A DNA stretch of 64,000 bases from Microbotryum violaceum (lineage: Eukaryota): the NCBI GenBank assembly GCA_001244265.2, contig CDLV01000014.1:620001-684000 (forward strand), in the 5' to 3' direction. Every line of letters starts with the position of its first letter. Within the stretch, counting starts at the first letter, position 1. The translations under genes and the position numbers were made by a program. The notes beneath the pieces were generated by a model. It worked only from the letters and a program-made list of their open reading frames with translations, was not told the origin of the DNA and did not search any database. This document shows positions 21,693-35,287 of the stretch, piece after piece.

Positions 21693-23178
21693 CTACAACT
21701 TGGCCTGTGCCTTGCCCTGCAAAGGGATCCCGACGAGCTTCTCCAACTCGCGAACGGCTTCGATCGATCGACTGGGGTGGACACCTGTGGAGGAGACATG
21801 GGTTCAGAAATGTAGAACGAATAAGCGCACGCCACATATAATTCAATGTACGGATGGTATGAATCCCCATCTTCTTTGCCGCGACGAGATTTCTGTTGCA
21901 GTCCAGGATTCCAAACAGGTCAGCTCTGGAAGGGCCTTCACGGTTCACCAAGGGTCTACCCGTACGTACCGCCCGATATCATCCAAAAAGACTGCCTCTT
22001 CTGCTTTGGAGCCCAATCGATCCAGAGCGATCTGATAGAACTTGGGATTCGGTTTCCTGAATCACCGAAGCGCCCGTGAAAGAAACCAATGAGCAGGGGT
22101 TATCTCTTCTGCACGAATGGTGAGAAATACCGACCTAGACCCTTCCACAGCACTCTCCACAAAAACGTCAAACTGTCTCTTGAGCAAGCTACTCGAACTG
22201 CCCTTCTTACTCGGATTTACAGCGGCGTCAAGGATCGATTGTCTCAGTTCGTCGTGCGTCAGGAGGCGGTCGTGAGGGAGAGTATCGATTTTGGAAGGCG
22301 TCGGCGCTTCGCCGGGTACGGCGAAGTTGTTCGTCAAGGCGGCGAGTTTGAATTTCTTCGAGGCTTCAGGGAAGCACGGGAAGAGGGTTAATGATGGCCT
22401 TCTAGCTTTGGGAAGGCGCGATACGTAGGCGTAGGCGCAAAATCGGCTCTCCGTATGGCAGACGACTGACCTCGGAGAGCGTTGATCGCGTCGAGCATGA
22501 TCGGATCCGGTTCGAGCGCGGGTCCCATCATCAATGACCACAACTGGTGGGCATCAAGATCAACACTGTAAGTATTCCGTATTCGATCAAAAGTGCAATA
22601 TAGGAGCAGCTTGCATCGTTATCCGCGCGCCGACTCACCTGACTGCCATCAATGTTCAACTTGGTCGGCAACTCGGGCACGTCTTGAAGCCGGAGGTCAG
22701 GTTCGGGATCGAGCGAGCCGACACCACCGCGGAGAACGACACGCAGTCGGAGAATGAAAGCAATCACCGCGAATCAGCTCCCTATCTCCCCCTCTAGGAC
22801 CTTCTCTGAATAAAACTGACCCAAATTCATCTTCCGACAATACAACCTATAAGCCTTATTCCCCGTCTCGACGTTACTCATCTCCTCCCCGAACCGTTTC
22901 TCGAATTCCGGTAAGGCCAACTCCCCCCTCTCCAAGCGCTGGAAAGCACCTTCTTCCCCTAGATAGGTGATGTGTGCGTTGATGTAGTGGTGAGGAAGGT
23001 CGAAGAGCTTTTCGGCCTCCCCTACGCCTACGATCGGGGATCCGAGGACGACACCGCCGCTAGGGAAAGATAGAGGAGCGTGTGGAGCGGCGGTCAGTTT
23101 GGGAGTGGGTTGGAGTGGAAGAGGGCGACAGGGGAAAGAGGCTGCTTACATGTCAAAGATGACAGCTTTGATGGTCAT
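21693..23178 (-). CDS. HAD-superfamily hydrolase (soluble epoxide hydrolase N-terminal/ACAD10-N type) with PTS1 -AKL
   Basis: MTIKAVIFDI|GGV, AFQRLERGE, LAALTNNF, FDVFVESAVEGSR|KPNPKFY, VFLDDIGRNL; ends QAKL*. Confidence 0.88.
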
Positions 23179-23447
23179 GTTGGGGTAGGTAGGTGCAGAG
23201 TAGAGGACAGAGGGTATAGCGGAACAAGAGAGAGAGAGAGAGAGAGAAGCTCCACTTGTCGAGCTCCGGCGCGGCGCCGGCCTATCCAGTGCTTGTAGCT
23301 GCTCTCGGAAATGAACGAGGCTCAGGGACTTTTTTCTCGGCCCGAAGCTAATCGAGGAATAAGCGAACTAAAGCACAATCTTGGTGCCATAGACTTCTTC
23401 CATGCAGTGCAAAATATGATACACCGAGTACACATATATTCCACGCC

Positions 23448-24877
23448 TCACTCATCCATCCCCTCCTCTTCACTATCCTCCTCCCCTGCCACCCTCCTCT
23501 CCTCCATCACAGGCCTCAACCACAAACCAGCGACCGCACTCCTGATGCACTTTTCCCAGACCTGCTCCGCCACAAAACCCGCGACGTCATTCGACCTCTT
23601 CTCCCGCCCCAACCCCAGATCCTCCGCATAGCCACCCTTGACGAGATGCCGTACTTTGATCTCGTACAAATCGGAATAGGAATCCCAATTCACCAGATCG
23701 GAGAGCACATCGTGAGGGTCGAGCGAAGGGTCTTCAGGGATCGGGTCGGTCGATTTGAGTCCGTTGAGGGACCGGAGGGAGGATTGCAGGATCGGACCGG
23801 CGTCGAGGCGCGCTGTGGAGCGCTTGAGCGCCGAGGATCGTACGGCGCGTACGACTTGTTCGGCATCTTTTTCCGATGAGGTCTGGGGCATATGAACAAC
23901 GTGCAACGGTCAAAAGGACGTTTCGAATCGCCCACCACCCTCATGCCACAACTCACCAAAGCCAACAAGACCTTTTTGCGATCACGTTCTCTCATCTCCC
24001 TCTCCTCCAAATCCATTCTCTCGTACCCTCGTTTAATCTCCTCCTTCTCCATCCTCTGCTCCATCTCCCTCCTCTTGATCTCCTCCTTCTCCGCCTGCCC
24101 TCGTTCCAAGTTGACCTGGATCGATTCCTGGTTCTCGGCGCGGTACCGCCCCAACAACTGTTCGACTTTTTCCACGTCCTTCTCGTTCAAGAGGTCAAAA
24201 GTGAGGTCCTCGACCTCTTGCAAGTAGGCGTTGTACGCGTTGACGTCTTGAAAGTCGTCTTCCCTTTTGTTGTAGCTGGGTACAGGTTCGGGTGCACATC
24301 GATGTATCAGCGGAATTGGCTTTCATCACAAGCTAGAGCCAGAATCACTCTCTGTGCTCCCTGCCGCACTGACATTTTAGCCATCCTCGTGCGAATGGTA
24401 ATCTCCCTCTGGACGTGCAAGTTCTCGTACACCTGTTTCTGAAAATGCGCTTTCCTAATCGTGACCCCACAGATCGGACACGGTTCCGGTCCCAAGGTGA
24501 AGATTCGATCGATGCACGATTCGCACCTGGTTCACGAAAAAGGGACCCGATCGTCAGCTGGTGGTCAATGCGCCAATACTAGCTGAGGGTGGAGTAAGTG
24601 ATACGCACATGCGATGATAACAACTACTGACCAACAACCTCAGCCGAGGGTTGAGGAACCGATCGGTCTTGCACACGGGGCAGACGTCCTTTTCGTGGCG
24701 GTACTCGGGGAGGTTGAGGTCGTCTTCGGCGAGCGTCTCGAAAGCGGTTGCTGCGTTGGGGCGCAAAGTTCGGGAGGTGGAGTTGCTGGAGGATAGTTTG
24801 GTGTTGTTCGAGTTGTTCGTGTTGGTGGTGGAGGAGGCTTTGGGTTTGCCCATGAAGAAGCGTGGGGTGGATGACAT
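23448..24877 (-). CDS. TFB3: TFIIH CAK assembly factor MAT1/Tfb3
   Basis: RING CPVCKTDRFLNPRLRLLVSSCYHRM|CESCIDRIFTLGPEPCPIC; YENLHVQREITIR; YNAYLQEVEDLTFDL. Confidence 0.93.
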
Positions 24878-25491
24878 GGTTGGGAGAGGCAAGTGGGGGT
24901 GGGTGTACCGAGTGGACGGAGTGGACGGACGACGTGGCCGAGTGCGAGTGCGGGGTGACCCCCTGCCTCAAGCACCGATGATCGCGCCAAGGTGTTCAAG
25001 GACGAGACTGGTGGTCGCTGAAGATCCGAGTAGTCGGCTGTAGCACAATGCGGTTGCACTGGGAAAGCGAGAGTGAGACGCCGTGCAGGAGCGCGTCGTT
25101 GAAACTATGTCGCGCTGCGAGGTGCCATGGAGGAGCAGCACCACGTACCTAGGTAAGCTAGGCCCAGGTAGTGGGGATGATCGGGGGCGCTCGTGGGAGA
25201 GCAGGAGAGAAGGGAGAAGCTGACTCGGGGTGCGGCTTGATCGCGCTTATCAGGAGTAATGTCGTAATGGGAACTGATATGTTACGTGGGATTAGTAATC
25301 ACCAATCGGGCGCGAACTGGGAACGTCCGCGAAGCTGCGAGCTCGAGTCCGGTTCAGCTCCCCCTTCCACAACGGCTACAATCGAAGCAGCCCACAGCAA
25401 AGAGGCATTGGCACCCCGAGTACAAGACGAAGCTACCCACACACATACACCTTCTGGAAGCCGACTTGGTCGTCCTCACCTCTCGAGAGCC

Positions 25492-26083
25492 ATGTCGTTC
25501 CTACATCGCTACACCAGGACCTCGTCCCTGCCGCGAACGGTGATGGCCAGTCGAACGCTCCCCTCCACACCTGCATACTCGTACGCATGTTCGTACGCGT
25601 ACTCAACCGTCGTCGCCCCGGCCTCGACACCCGTCTCCTCCCCTCTACCGATCCAATCCGAGCCGACCGCATCCACCTCCACCCTCGAAACCGAGACCAC
25701 CACCACACCACCAACACCGAAGAGTTCGGCACCGACCGGGAACGAACCGGAGCCAAAGCTGCTGTCCTACTTTGTACGGAGGACCGCCGGCGGCGAGTTG
25801 CCCGTCTACGTCGACGTCCTCCACGGCGGGTCCAAGCGGCTTACGCTCATTCGCAAAGTCGACGGCAATCTCGAGGTAGGTCCGAATTCCAAACTCCAAA
25901 TCCCAGGCGGTCTCACGCCGAGTCAACGACTAATCAGAGATATCATTTCAGGCTCTGAGGCAAGATTTGTCGCAATACCTGGTCGGAGTCCCCAACTACA
26001 TCAAACCGCACGCGAGGCAAGTCGTCGTCAAGGGGGATTATGTCCGGCAGACCAAGGAATGGCTTGCCGCGATGGGTTTCTAG
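25492..26083 (+). CDS. IMG2: Mitochondrial ribosomal protein mL49 (Img2)
   Basis: Presequence-like N-terminus; YFVRRTAGGELPVY..TLIRKVDGNLE|ALRQDL..VVVKGDYVRQTKEWLAAMGF*. Confidence 0.88.
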
Positions 26084-26594
26084 AGGCGGGGCGTTCCCAA
26101 TCTGCAATTGAGACCATTTACGATTCTCGTGGACGAGGTGCGAGCTCCGTGCGACCCGGTCTCGGCTATTTCAGTCACCCGGTGTCTTTGACTTGTGGAA
26201 AATCACCGAGCGCACAGGCCCCCTCTAGTCAAGAGCGGCGGCGCCAATCGAAGTCGGAGGAAGTTTGCTTTCGCTTGGCCGCCGCTTTGTTACCCTTGAC
26301 CATCATTCCTCTCCTCGATTGCGTTCTTTGCTCCCACTCTCACCATCGAACCGATCCGGGCTTGTTTCCGACCGACCCGCTCCGCTCCCCTCCGAGCTCT
26401 GCGGAGCTTCTCCTATCCGGGACTCGTGTGTGCGCGCGTGACACGGCTCCGCTGGGCGCCCCTCCCTCCCTCTCTCTCTCTCCTTTACGACCGAAAGCGT
26501 TTCGCAATCTTGGCTTGCGTTTCACCACCTTGCCCCACCAACCCTCCCACTCCGTCCTATCTACACCCCATACATCTGCTCACCACCTTGTTGA

Positions 26595-29500
26595 ATGCAT
26601 GTACCCAACATTTCATCTGTATCAGCATCAGCAGCAAACGCGCTCAGCAGTGCTCCCCCTATCCAACCGCCGTCGGCGTCATCGTCAAGTGGTGCCACTA
26701 GCACCGTGCTCCGCCACCATGCGCTTTCCCAGTCGCAGACCACCCCCTCCGATCCCGTACTTGGCTCCGTTTCAAATATATCAATGACGGCGCTTCCCGC
26801 AATAGCACCGGCTTCGACGACTCGAGCAAGGAGGTTCAAGACGCGCAACAAGATGCCTGTGCTGATCGGCGTGCAGGCGGACATGATACTCGCCGAGGAA
26901 GCTCAGCTCGATACAATGCACAGGCTGGGGTTGGGAGTCACCACTACTCAAGGGGCTCTTTCACCTCAGCCCATGCTGGTGAATTCACAAGCACGAGAAA
27001 ATAGTCCGATGGACCCACTTCAGGATTGGTCCCTGGGTTCGCAGGATCCTCATCCGAGTCGTGTCGTGGTCGGCGAGGATGAACGCGCGACGAGAGGGGT
27101 CGACGTCACGGAGGAACAAGAATTGCATCTCCAACTCGTACTACGTCAGTTCTCATCCGCTTCATTCTCTTCGACGACCTCGACCGAGATCATCCCTCCT
27201 TCGTCCGAAGCGGCTGCGGCTGCGTCTGCCGATGCGCCGGAACAACTTTCGTCGATCCCGACTCCGAGCGCAGCCGGTCGAGTCGACGACGAAACCTACC
27301 ACAAACTCTACCACTCTTCCCCACCGTGGTCCCACCCTCACACCTACCTTCGTTTTTCCGACACGGTGCAAGATACGCTCCTGCACCAAATCGACTACAC
27401 CATGGACGAGCAAGACGAAGATTGGCTCATCGCGTACAACCAAGGCGTCGCGAGGATCGCCAAAGGTCAACCTCCCGCGGAGACGGGATGGTTGAACGTA
27501 ATGAGGAGGTCTATGGTGGGATGTGAGGTGGGCAAGTGGTATTTGACCGAGGATGAGTTCGAGTTGATCATGGATGTGTTTGAGAAGGAGACCGACTCGA
27601 GGGGCCTGCAGAGCGCTAAAGTGAGTGAAAAGGTGGAAACGGGAGCTCGGGTGCTCCACTGCGTCCACTCACTGAACACGTTTCGGTTTTTGGCTTGCGT
27701 CTAGGAATCGTTCATCCTTCCGAGCTTTTCAGGCTTGGCTCCGATGTTCAAAGACCCGCCCAAGACGAGTCCGAATCGAAGCGTGCAGAGCAAGCTGGGT
27801 CCCAAAGCTGAGATCATTTATCCCCATTGGCGAGCGAGGAGGGTGGCGAGGAGGTTTCAGCCGATTATTCCAATACTTCAGGTGGGGGTACCTGATCAAT
27901 CCTTTTTCATCACTTTAGTGAACTGAAGCATCTTCTGTCTTGGAATCACAGCAAACCGAAGGCCAAGGTGACTCGGCCTACGTTTGTTTTCGCCAACGCG
28001 ACGACTCGAAACGGATGCGCAAAACTCGCTCCTCGGACCACCGTTCCGTCGATCGTCTCCTCCACATCCGCGATGACCTCTACGCGGCATTACATCTGTT
28101 CAAGATGGTGCACAAGAGGGAGGTGCTGAAGTGGCATGAGATGAGGATCGGAAGGGAGGTGTTTGAAAAACAGGTGGAGATGAGAGGTTTGAAGAGGAGG
28201 CTTGGGGAATGTGGGGGGGATGAGGAGTTGTTATTTAGAAGACGTCCCCCACCGGTCAAGGAGGCGGTGGGGGCGAAGGGAGTAGATGGGTAAGTCTTCG
28301 GACAGGGAACACCTCTCTGATGACCATCCAAGTTGACTAAAACCTTTGCACATCTTGTTTCAAGTAGCCCCTCGAACGACCTCGTCACCTTCGTCGCTGC
28401 TTCGGCGGCACTTCAACGCGCAGGAGTTACCCGCGACTCGCTCCAGAAGCGACGTGAGCGCATACTCACGATCGAGACGCGGATACAAGACGATCTAAAA
28501 GACCAGAAGCGGGAAAAGAGGGAGTGGACAGACGTATTGGATGATCCCGTGGAGGACTCGCATCGAATGGGTGTGGGCGGAACGGTGTCAGGGGCTGATT
28601 TCTGGCGCGTTGTCGAGGTCGTCTCGAGTAGGGATCAAGACGGGAAGAGAAGGGATGTCGTCAGCTTGGTACCGTTACCTCTCAAGGGAGTTAATGCGAC
28701 CAGGGCGGCATGCTTTAGGAGACGGATCGGGAGGGGTGGCAGGTTGATGCTCGATAGACTGCGGGTGCGAGGGGAGCGACCGACCAGGTTCGATCAGCTA
28801 TCCACGCCTTCACTGGGGAGTGACGACAACGGTTCCGGATCCGAGGAGTCTATCGATATCGATCTTTGGGCTCGCCAGATTGAGAGAATGAGGTACGACG
28901 ACGACGAGACGAGCGATCTATCTCTCCTTGAGGAAGCCTCACCCCTCGACGACTTTCGCCTCGACTGGACCGTTCGACGATCAGGGTTGCTCAATTTTGA
29001 TGACATCGACAACATGATCATCGATGATGGGTATCTTACCCAGGCATTTGAGTACGCCGCGAACCAAACAGAGAGGATGGATGTAGCGCCTGAGACAGTT
29101 GGTCCGCTCCCTCGTCAGGTGCTGCACATCGTCCCTGTCGACCATAATCGGACGCCGTCAGGGCCTTACGAGCAATCGGTATTTAGCTCGGATGGAGGTG
29201 GACGTGCATCGGTGATGTCTACACCCATGACTCGAACGTCGTCGTACGACTCTACAAAATCTTCCACAGTTCGAATGGGGTCACAGAGGCCTATGACGCC
29301 TTCGGGGTATTCGAGTCGGTCAAGCCTTCACTCACGCGTGCCGACGGGTGACTTGGAGGCTGGACTGCTGCCACTGCCGTTCTCGCAAGGTGCCGAGAGC
29401 TATGGGTCGAATTCGAGGGCTTCGGGGGTATATGGGTACTCTGAGATAAATGATAGTGCGTGGCTCTTGCCTTGACCGTATGAGTCCTGTTCTGAGCTAC

Positions 29501-30246
29501 TGACCGTCACATCAAAAATAGACTGCCCAGTGCTTCACGCCCCCCACATGCAGCGACATGCAGCCCCTCTCGCCGTCGCGAACGGGGGTCAGGCCCCATC
29601 GACGCAGCTTCCGCCCCCATATTCGAACAAGTCGTCGCTATATTCAGCCCACTTCTCACATAATCGACCTCGCGAGGCAAGGAGCGCATCGATTGGGTCA
29701 GCTCACGCCTCAGAGGGGCTCGGCTCTCCCTATGCAAGCCACGTGAATAGTAACAGTCTCGGCGGGTACCCGCAAGACCCTTACGCCTCACCGAACGGCC
29801 CCGATGGCGCACCCACTCATTCAAATATGACCCACCGTACGCCTGCCCCAATGGACCAGGATCGTTCCCCACTCGTACCACTAGGTCTAGGTCCGCGACG
29901 TTTAAGCGCGCCGCTCCGAGCTTCATCAGCCATGTCCCTTTCGAAATATACAACGCTCAGTTCGCCTACGACCACAAGTTCAACCCTCCATCAACCCCTT
30001 CGACCTCATTCGGCCAGTCATTACCCGGCGCTAGCTTCATCGTCCATCTCACCTGGTTCGCCGATGGAGGGTACGCAGAGCCCACGATGTACTACGCTTC
30101 ATGAGTCTTTTAAAGCAAGCTCGGGCCCGGAAAATGCTGCTTCAATCCGCTCGGTGACGACGGGTTGGCCGACGACGACGACAGGGATGACGATGCACAA
30201 GACCAAGCAAGGGGCCAAGGATGAGGCAATGATTCGATGGGCTTGA
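26595..30246 (+). CDS. EPL1: Enhancer of polycomb-like NuA4 subunit
   Basis: GVDVTEEQELHLQ, IPTPSA, DYTMDEQDEDWL, EDEFELIMDVFEK, IYPHWRARR, AYVCFRQRD..RKTR, FRRRIGRGGRLMLDR. Intron 29456-29521 joins the last ORF in frame. Start uncertain. Confidence 0.85.
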
Positions 30247-31482
30247 TAGCGTTCAGGTCATTGTGCGCAGACTAGTTTTGATCTTCACATTCGAAGAAAG
30301 ACGTCGACACCGACCCTTCTTGAACTTCGAGCTGCTGGCACATTCTGTCGCGCGAGTCCGATGTCCCACGGCGGCTTTGCGCTTTGAAGCCTAAAATAGG
30401 TTCGGTCCGACTAGTAGTTGTGTGCAAGCTTTCAACTGTCGATGAAGACGGTTGCCGAGTCTACTGCCATGATGCAAGGCGCTCCCATCGGCCGTTGCTG
30501 GTGACCGAATGGAATGGATGGGCCTCGATTTTTGATCCGTGGGGCGTGCGGATTTTTCGATGCCTGCACTCGAGACTACGGGACACAAAGGAGCAGACTT
30601 GTAGGAAAACGAGACAAAATGCAGCAACCAAGACTTTCGGGACGAGCACGGCCGCTGGTCGAGGTCAGTTTCCGCGGGTCGAACGCGCTCGGACAGGGCC
30701 AGCTTGAAGTTGAGTTCATGCTTGCTGATCCCTGATCATCGGTGTTGATTCCCTTTGTTGCCCCACCAGTATCGCCAGGCTCAACAATAAGGGAAATATC
30801 GAGGGCTGGGCGAGCTCGCAGCTGCGCGTCCATCTGTGCGAACGCAAATACTCACCCCCTGTCCATCGTAATTTGGTCGCGGGCAAAAACATCAGGTCCG
30901 CGGACTGTATCTTCTCCGGACATGACCCCTCATGTATTGATACGTTAGTAGTCATAGTTCACAAAATACGGCCCAGCCCTGACGGTCCTGATAATACCCG
31001 GCCATCGCACGAGTACGCGTTCGTACGTAACCGAAATGGTAAGAACAGGACCTGGGGAAGCTCAGCTCGCGTCTCGGGAATTGGTACTTTTGAGGCCCAT
31101 TTGTGCCTTGTAACATGTTACACGAAATGTTTTCTTCTTTTTCGATGGAAACGTTCAGCAGAGCTCGATGATTTGCTCTGACACCAGAATACATACACCG
31201 CTTGAACAGGGACAAGCGGCCCAATTTGAAGGACGGGATTTTCCGAACCCTCGGGCTGAGCGTTCCCGGGTCTTAGATTTTAGAATTGAAACTCTCTCGC
31301 TCGCTCCCGTTACCGACAGGTCTCCCCCTCCGTTTCCCCATCAAGTGGACTTTGCCCGAGTCGCAGGTTGTCGATGCGAGGCTCGAACTACGTCTAGCAT
31401 CTACACACACACCATTAACCCAACCGCAGCCTGGTACATCACCTACTCCTCTGCTGCGCACGTTGACGACTGCAGCGCGGTG

Positions 31483-34400
31483 ATGCCTGTTCACGAAGGC
31501 TCCTCCACCTCCGCCGCTGGCAGTGCACGAACACGAGCCTTGTCACCGTCGCCGCAAGTGCCTGGCAACTCGTCTCATCAACACACTTCGATCTCGACGG
31601 TCTCGGCGGCATCCACGTCTACCATACATCAAACGAGGGACATGGGTCGTCTGTGCATGCAGGACCAGGACGAGGAGGTCGATGTCAAGCCCTTGATCGT
31701 CGTACAGGACGGAGACGCGAGTAAGCCCCAGCCCGGTTTCAGCAGTGAGTCGGGTTCGATTGGCCCTCTCTTTGGACGCCTCGCGGTCGCGTTCGTCCGC
31801 CTCGCATCGCCGTCTTCTTCCAGCAGTGCGCTCGATTGGATATGGCATTCAATGCCCCCGACCGATCACCGCGACAACCAAACACATCTCATCTCTGTGC
31901 ACGGTCCGACTGCGGCGTCCCGTGCGTGCAGACGTCGAGCGGCGCGTGGGGGATGGCCGACGATCTCGGCTCTCCGATCTCGTCTGAACTCGAACCCTGC
32001 GCTGACCCTTTCGGGAATCTTTCGGTCGCTTCTCGGCCTGTCTCCTTGCGAATTCCTCAGACCCAACCAGCTCGAAAAGGAGGCGTTCGTCGTCACATTC
32101 GGTCTCGACCTCGGCACTCAACCTACTACAACAAGCCCTACTGCATCACCAACAACAAAGCGACATGCGCGTCGACAACGACGACGACGACGACGACGAC
32201 GACGATGGCCACCACCTTGACGGCGATGACGAGCGCGCCCACGGTGATCTCGCCGGCGATCCAAGCGCAGCGGCGGCCCGAAAGCCATCGTCGCACCTGC
32301 TCGCGCCTCGAGCCACGTCGAGTCCGTCCCGCGCCGTCTCGGTCACGTCCGAGGTCGACTCGCTCGCCAGCAGTAGCAATGATGCTCTACAGACACCGCC
32401 GACCAAGAAGTTGCGCAAGGGCGCTCGTCTCGGCCGACTTGGTCCCATCCTCGATAAAATTCCGATCGAGTTGCTCGCCGACGTAAGTCGCGCCTTACCC
32501 CTCTCTCTCTCTCGGACGGACCTCTTAATTGCGATTCGTTGCTGAGCGCTCGAGGGCTTCGGCGTACGCACGGGGCTTCTCCGGACTGACATTGATCTCG
32601 CATACCTCATTTCCACTTTGGTTTGTACTAGGTCCTCGCCTACCTCCCACCCGTAATGCTGCTTCGTCTGGCTCGCACGGCCAAGGTGTTCAGGAGCCTC
32701 CTCATGAGCAAGCACCACTCGCGTGCGATCTGGCGTCGCGCGTTCAAACGTGACGGCCTCGGACCTTTTGCGGTCGAGGACATGTCCGAACCTCAGATTG
32801 CTGCTCTGATCTGGGACAAGGAGTGTTTGGTGAGTCGAGCGCACGGTCGACACCTAAGTGCCCGGTCAGATGCTTCGAGGTCCGGAGGGGGTTAGAGGAA
32901 AGCAAACAGACTCACCTTCGTTTCGTTCTCCATTTCAGGCCTGCGGTCGAACAAAGGTGCACAAGATCGTCTACATTTTTGAAGGACGATACTGCGATCC
33001 CTGTTTGAAGCAAAAGTGGGTGGCAGCGCGACTTCAATCGTTGATTTCGGCATCTCATAGCAAGCTCAGAACAATTGCTGACGTTTGAGGTAGCACAATT
33101 GCGATACCCACAGAGTTCGGACTCGGTCTCAGATTCAATCCGCCCATCCTTGTCTCCATCCCAATGCATTTGAATGCGCACCATTCTCAACGGGTAAGCT
33201 TTCAATTTAGCAGGAGCTTCGTCTGTGACGACCTCGCAACTGAAGGCCATTTGTTTGGCATCGATGCCCACAGCTCCCCCTTGTCGTGGTGGCAATTGGC
33301 CCGCTCTTCCTGGGCAATATATGGCCGGCGAATATTGGCTCGAGGAAACGGTGCTCAAACGCAGCGAGGAGCTACACACACACGAACGTGAGGACCAGGA
33401 GCGCTGCGACGGTGGGGGCCGCGTGGCGAAGCGCGTGGCGTACTGGAAGGAACGCTTGCCTTTGATTGAGCGGGACGCGCAGATGTTGCAGAGGTGGCAG
33501 GCCGAGTTGGATTCGAGTCGTTCGAGCGACAAGCGTAGCTTGCGCATGGAGAGGACCAAAGTGTGAGTTTTGCCTCGGGCGAATCGGATTTCATGGAGAC
33601 GCGTGCGCGCATTATGGCTGAAACTCAACTCAACTGTCCTCGCCATAGTATCCGACAACGCTGCCTTGACGCGGGGTACGATGCCCGAGACGTCGACATC
33701 GCCGTTCGTGCCGACAGTGCGGTCTATGCCCACATCAACCAGCCCTACCCTCTCACGGATCGAGGTAGGTCTCTTTCGTCCTGGAAACCAGATGATCGGT
33801 GTATCGGGAGCTGAATGTGCGCTTTCTTTTGCCAGTCTGGCGCAAGATCGAACGTCCCATTTTAAGTCACGTTGCGGCACTGCGCGAGCAAAGGCTGAGT
33901 GACGAAACTCGGCAGATCCTGTTCGACCGCTTCCGCGAAGAGGCGGCACGTGCCCAAGAAGCCGCAGCCGAACGTCACTCTCAAGAGTTGCAGGAGTTGC
34001 GTGAACGTGATCGAAGCGCTCAAGCCACCGTTGCTGCGACCTTGGCCGCCCACGCACAAAGAACCGCCGCGAGCGGATCGCCTACAGTGGGCGGCTCCAC
34101 GTCTTCGTTCGGGACGGGGATCGGTCAATCGCCCCAGAGGCCCGTGGGCAATGGAATGCCGCCGTCGTCGTTGACCTCGGCTTGGAACCCGTCGCTTGCG
34201 CATCAGGTGAGTCACGCTCGGTTCGACGAGATAATTTTGCTCGTCACTCTTAGCTGATGCTCCGACTTGTCATCCAGCAGCAACAGCAACAACATCAACA
34301 GCCGTACCAAGCCCATGCCCAGTACTTAAACGCGCTTCGCTATGGATCAGCGCACGGCCCTCGCAGCACCTCGGCACCATCGGCGTCGCCGCTCTATCCC

Positions 34401-34712
34401 TCGATGGGATCCTACCAGCGACCAGCGGCTGCCAACACCCTCATGAACCCGGCTGTCGTCAGGCAACCTGTTCTTGTTCCCGTGAGTATCGCCAGTGCTG
34501 GTCTATCATTCACACCTCCGCGTCACCCGCTCATCGTCGCTCATCACGTCATATAGAACTTGACCCGCATCACGCCTAGCGGCTCGAACGCCCTCGACCA
34601 TAGTCTAGGCGCCTGGTGGCTCGGCACGTCACCCCGATCCAATCCGGCCCGTCAGTCGACATCCCTCCCTTCTCGCACCCACCTTCCGACGCCGTCCTCG
34701 ACTGGCCCGTGA
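31483..34712 (+). CDS. F-box protein (basidiomycete expanded family)
   Basis: LDKIPIELLAD|VLAYLPPVMLLRLARTAKVFRSLLMS..IWRRA..DMSEPQIAALIWDKECL|ACG..YCDPC; HINQPYPLTDR|VWRKI. Multi-exon model in frame. Confidence 0.8.
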
Positions 34713-35287
34713 AGAGACTCTTCATTTGGACAATATCCCCATACTTTCAGCATCCACGCCTCCTGGTGGCCCATCCGCATCATGCATTCTCTCTTCGCTT
34801 GATCCTTTCGGTGTTGTACCACTTCAATTTTTTTTCTTTTCGTTTTTTGTTTTTTTGCTTCGACGCACGAGCTGCTCTCGTTCTTCAATTCCGTCTGCAT
34901 GCATCCCTCATACTGCTTGTTTCGGCCCTCGGTCTATTCGCTCAGAACCATCCGCCCTGCTTTGTCATTTCTTTCGCGCCTTCTTCAGGTGTTCTACTTT
35001 GTCCTTGCAGGCTGCCATGATACTGCCTACCACTATTACTACAACTCGAAACGAGGGTGTGCTTCGCAGTGAACCGCGGATGACGGCTTTCAGCTTTATT
35101 AGCATTGCGATCGAGGTATGTATCAGGTGAGACATTTCCCTGCTCAGCAATCTGCTGACCGGCTGCCGCACCCCAGGCGTGCTCGGCTTCCCTGACTGAC
35201 TCGCTCAAGTTTGGGGCCACCGGTTTTGGAATCTGCCACGCCCCATCTCGCCGGCCGGATACGATCTTCGACCACTCAACTCCAAAA

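Noticed and set aside
25171-26787. 538-aa ORF in the track
   Set aside because: It reads through the IMG2 intron and intergenic DNA; the real gene is the spliced 25492-26083.
30250-31480. Short ORFs and a 14-bp palindrome TGTAACATGTTACA (31109-31122) in the EPL1/F-box spacer
   Set aside because: No recognisable protein motifs, and a single palindrome is not informative alone.
19720-32205. (GAG)n at ~19720, (AG)n at ~23228, (GAC)n at ~32178
   Set aside because: Ordinary microsatellites or acidic-tract codons.
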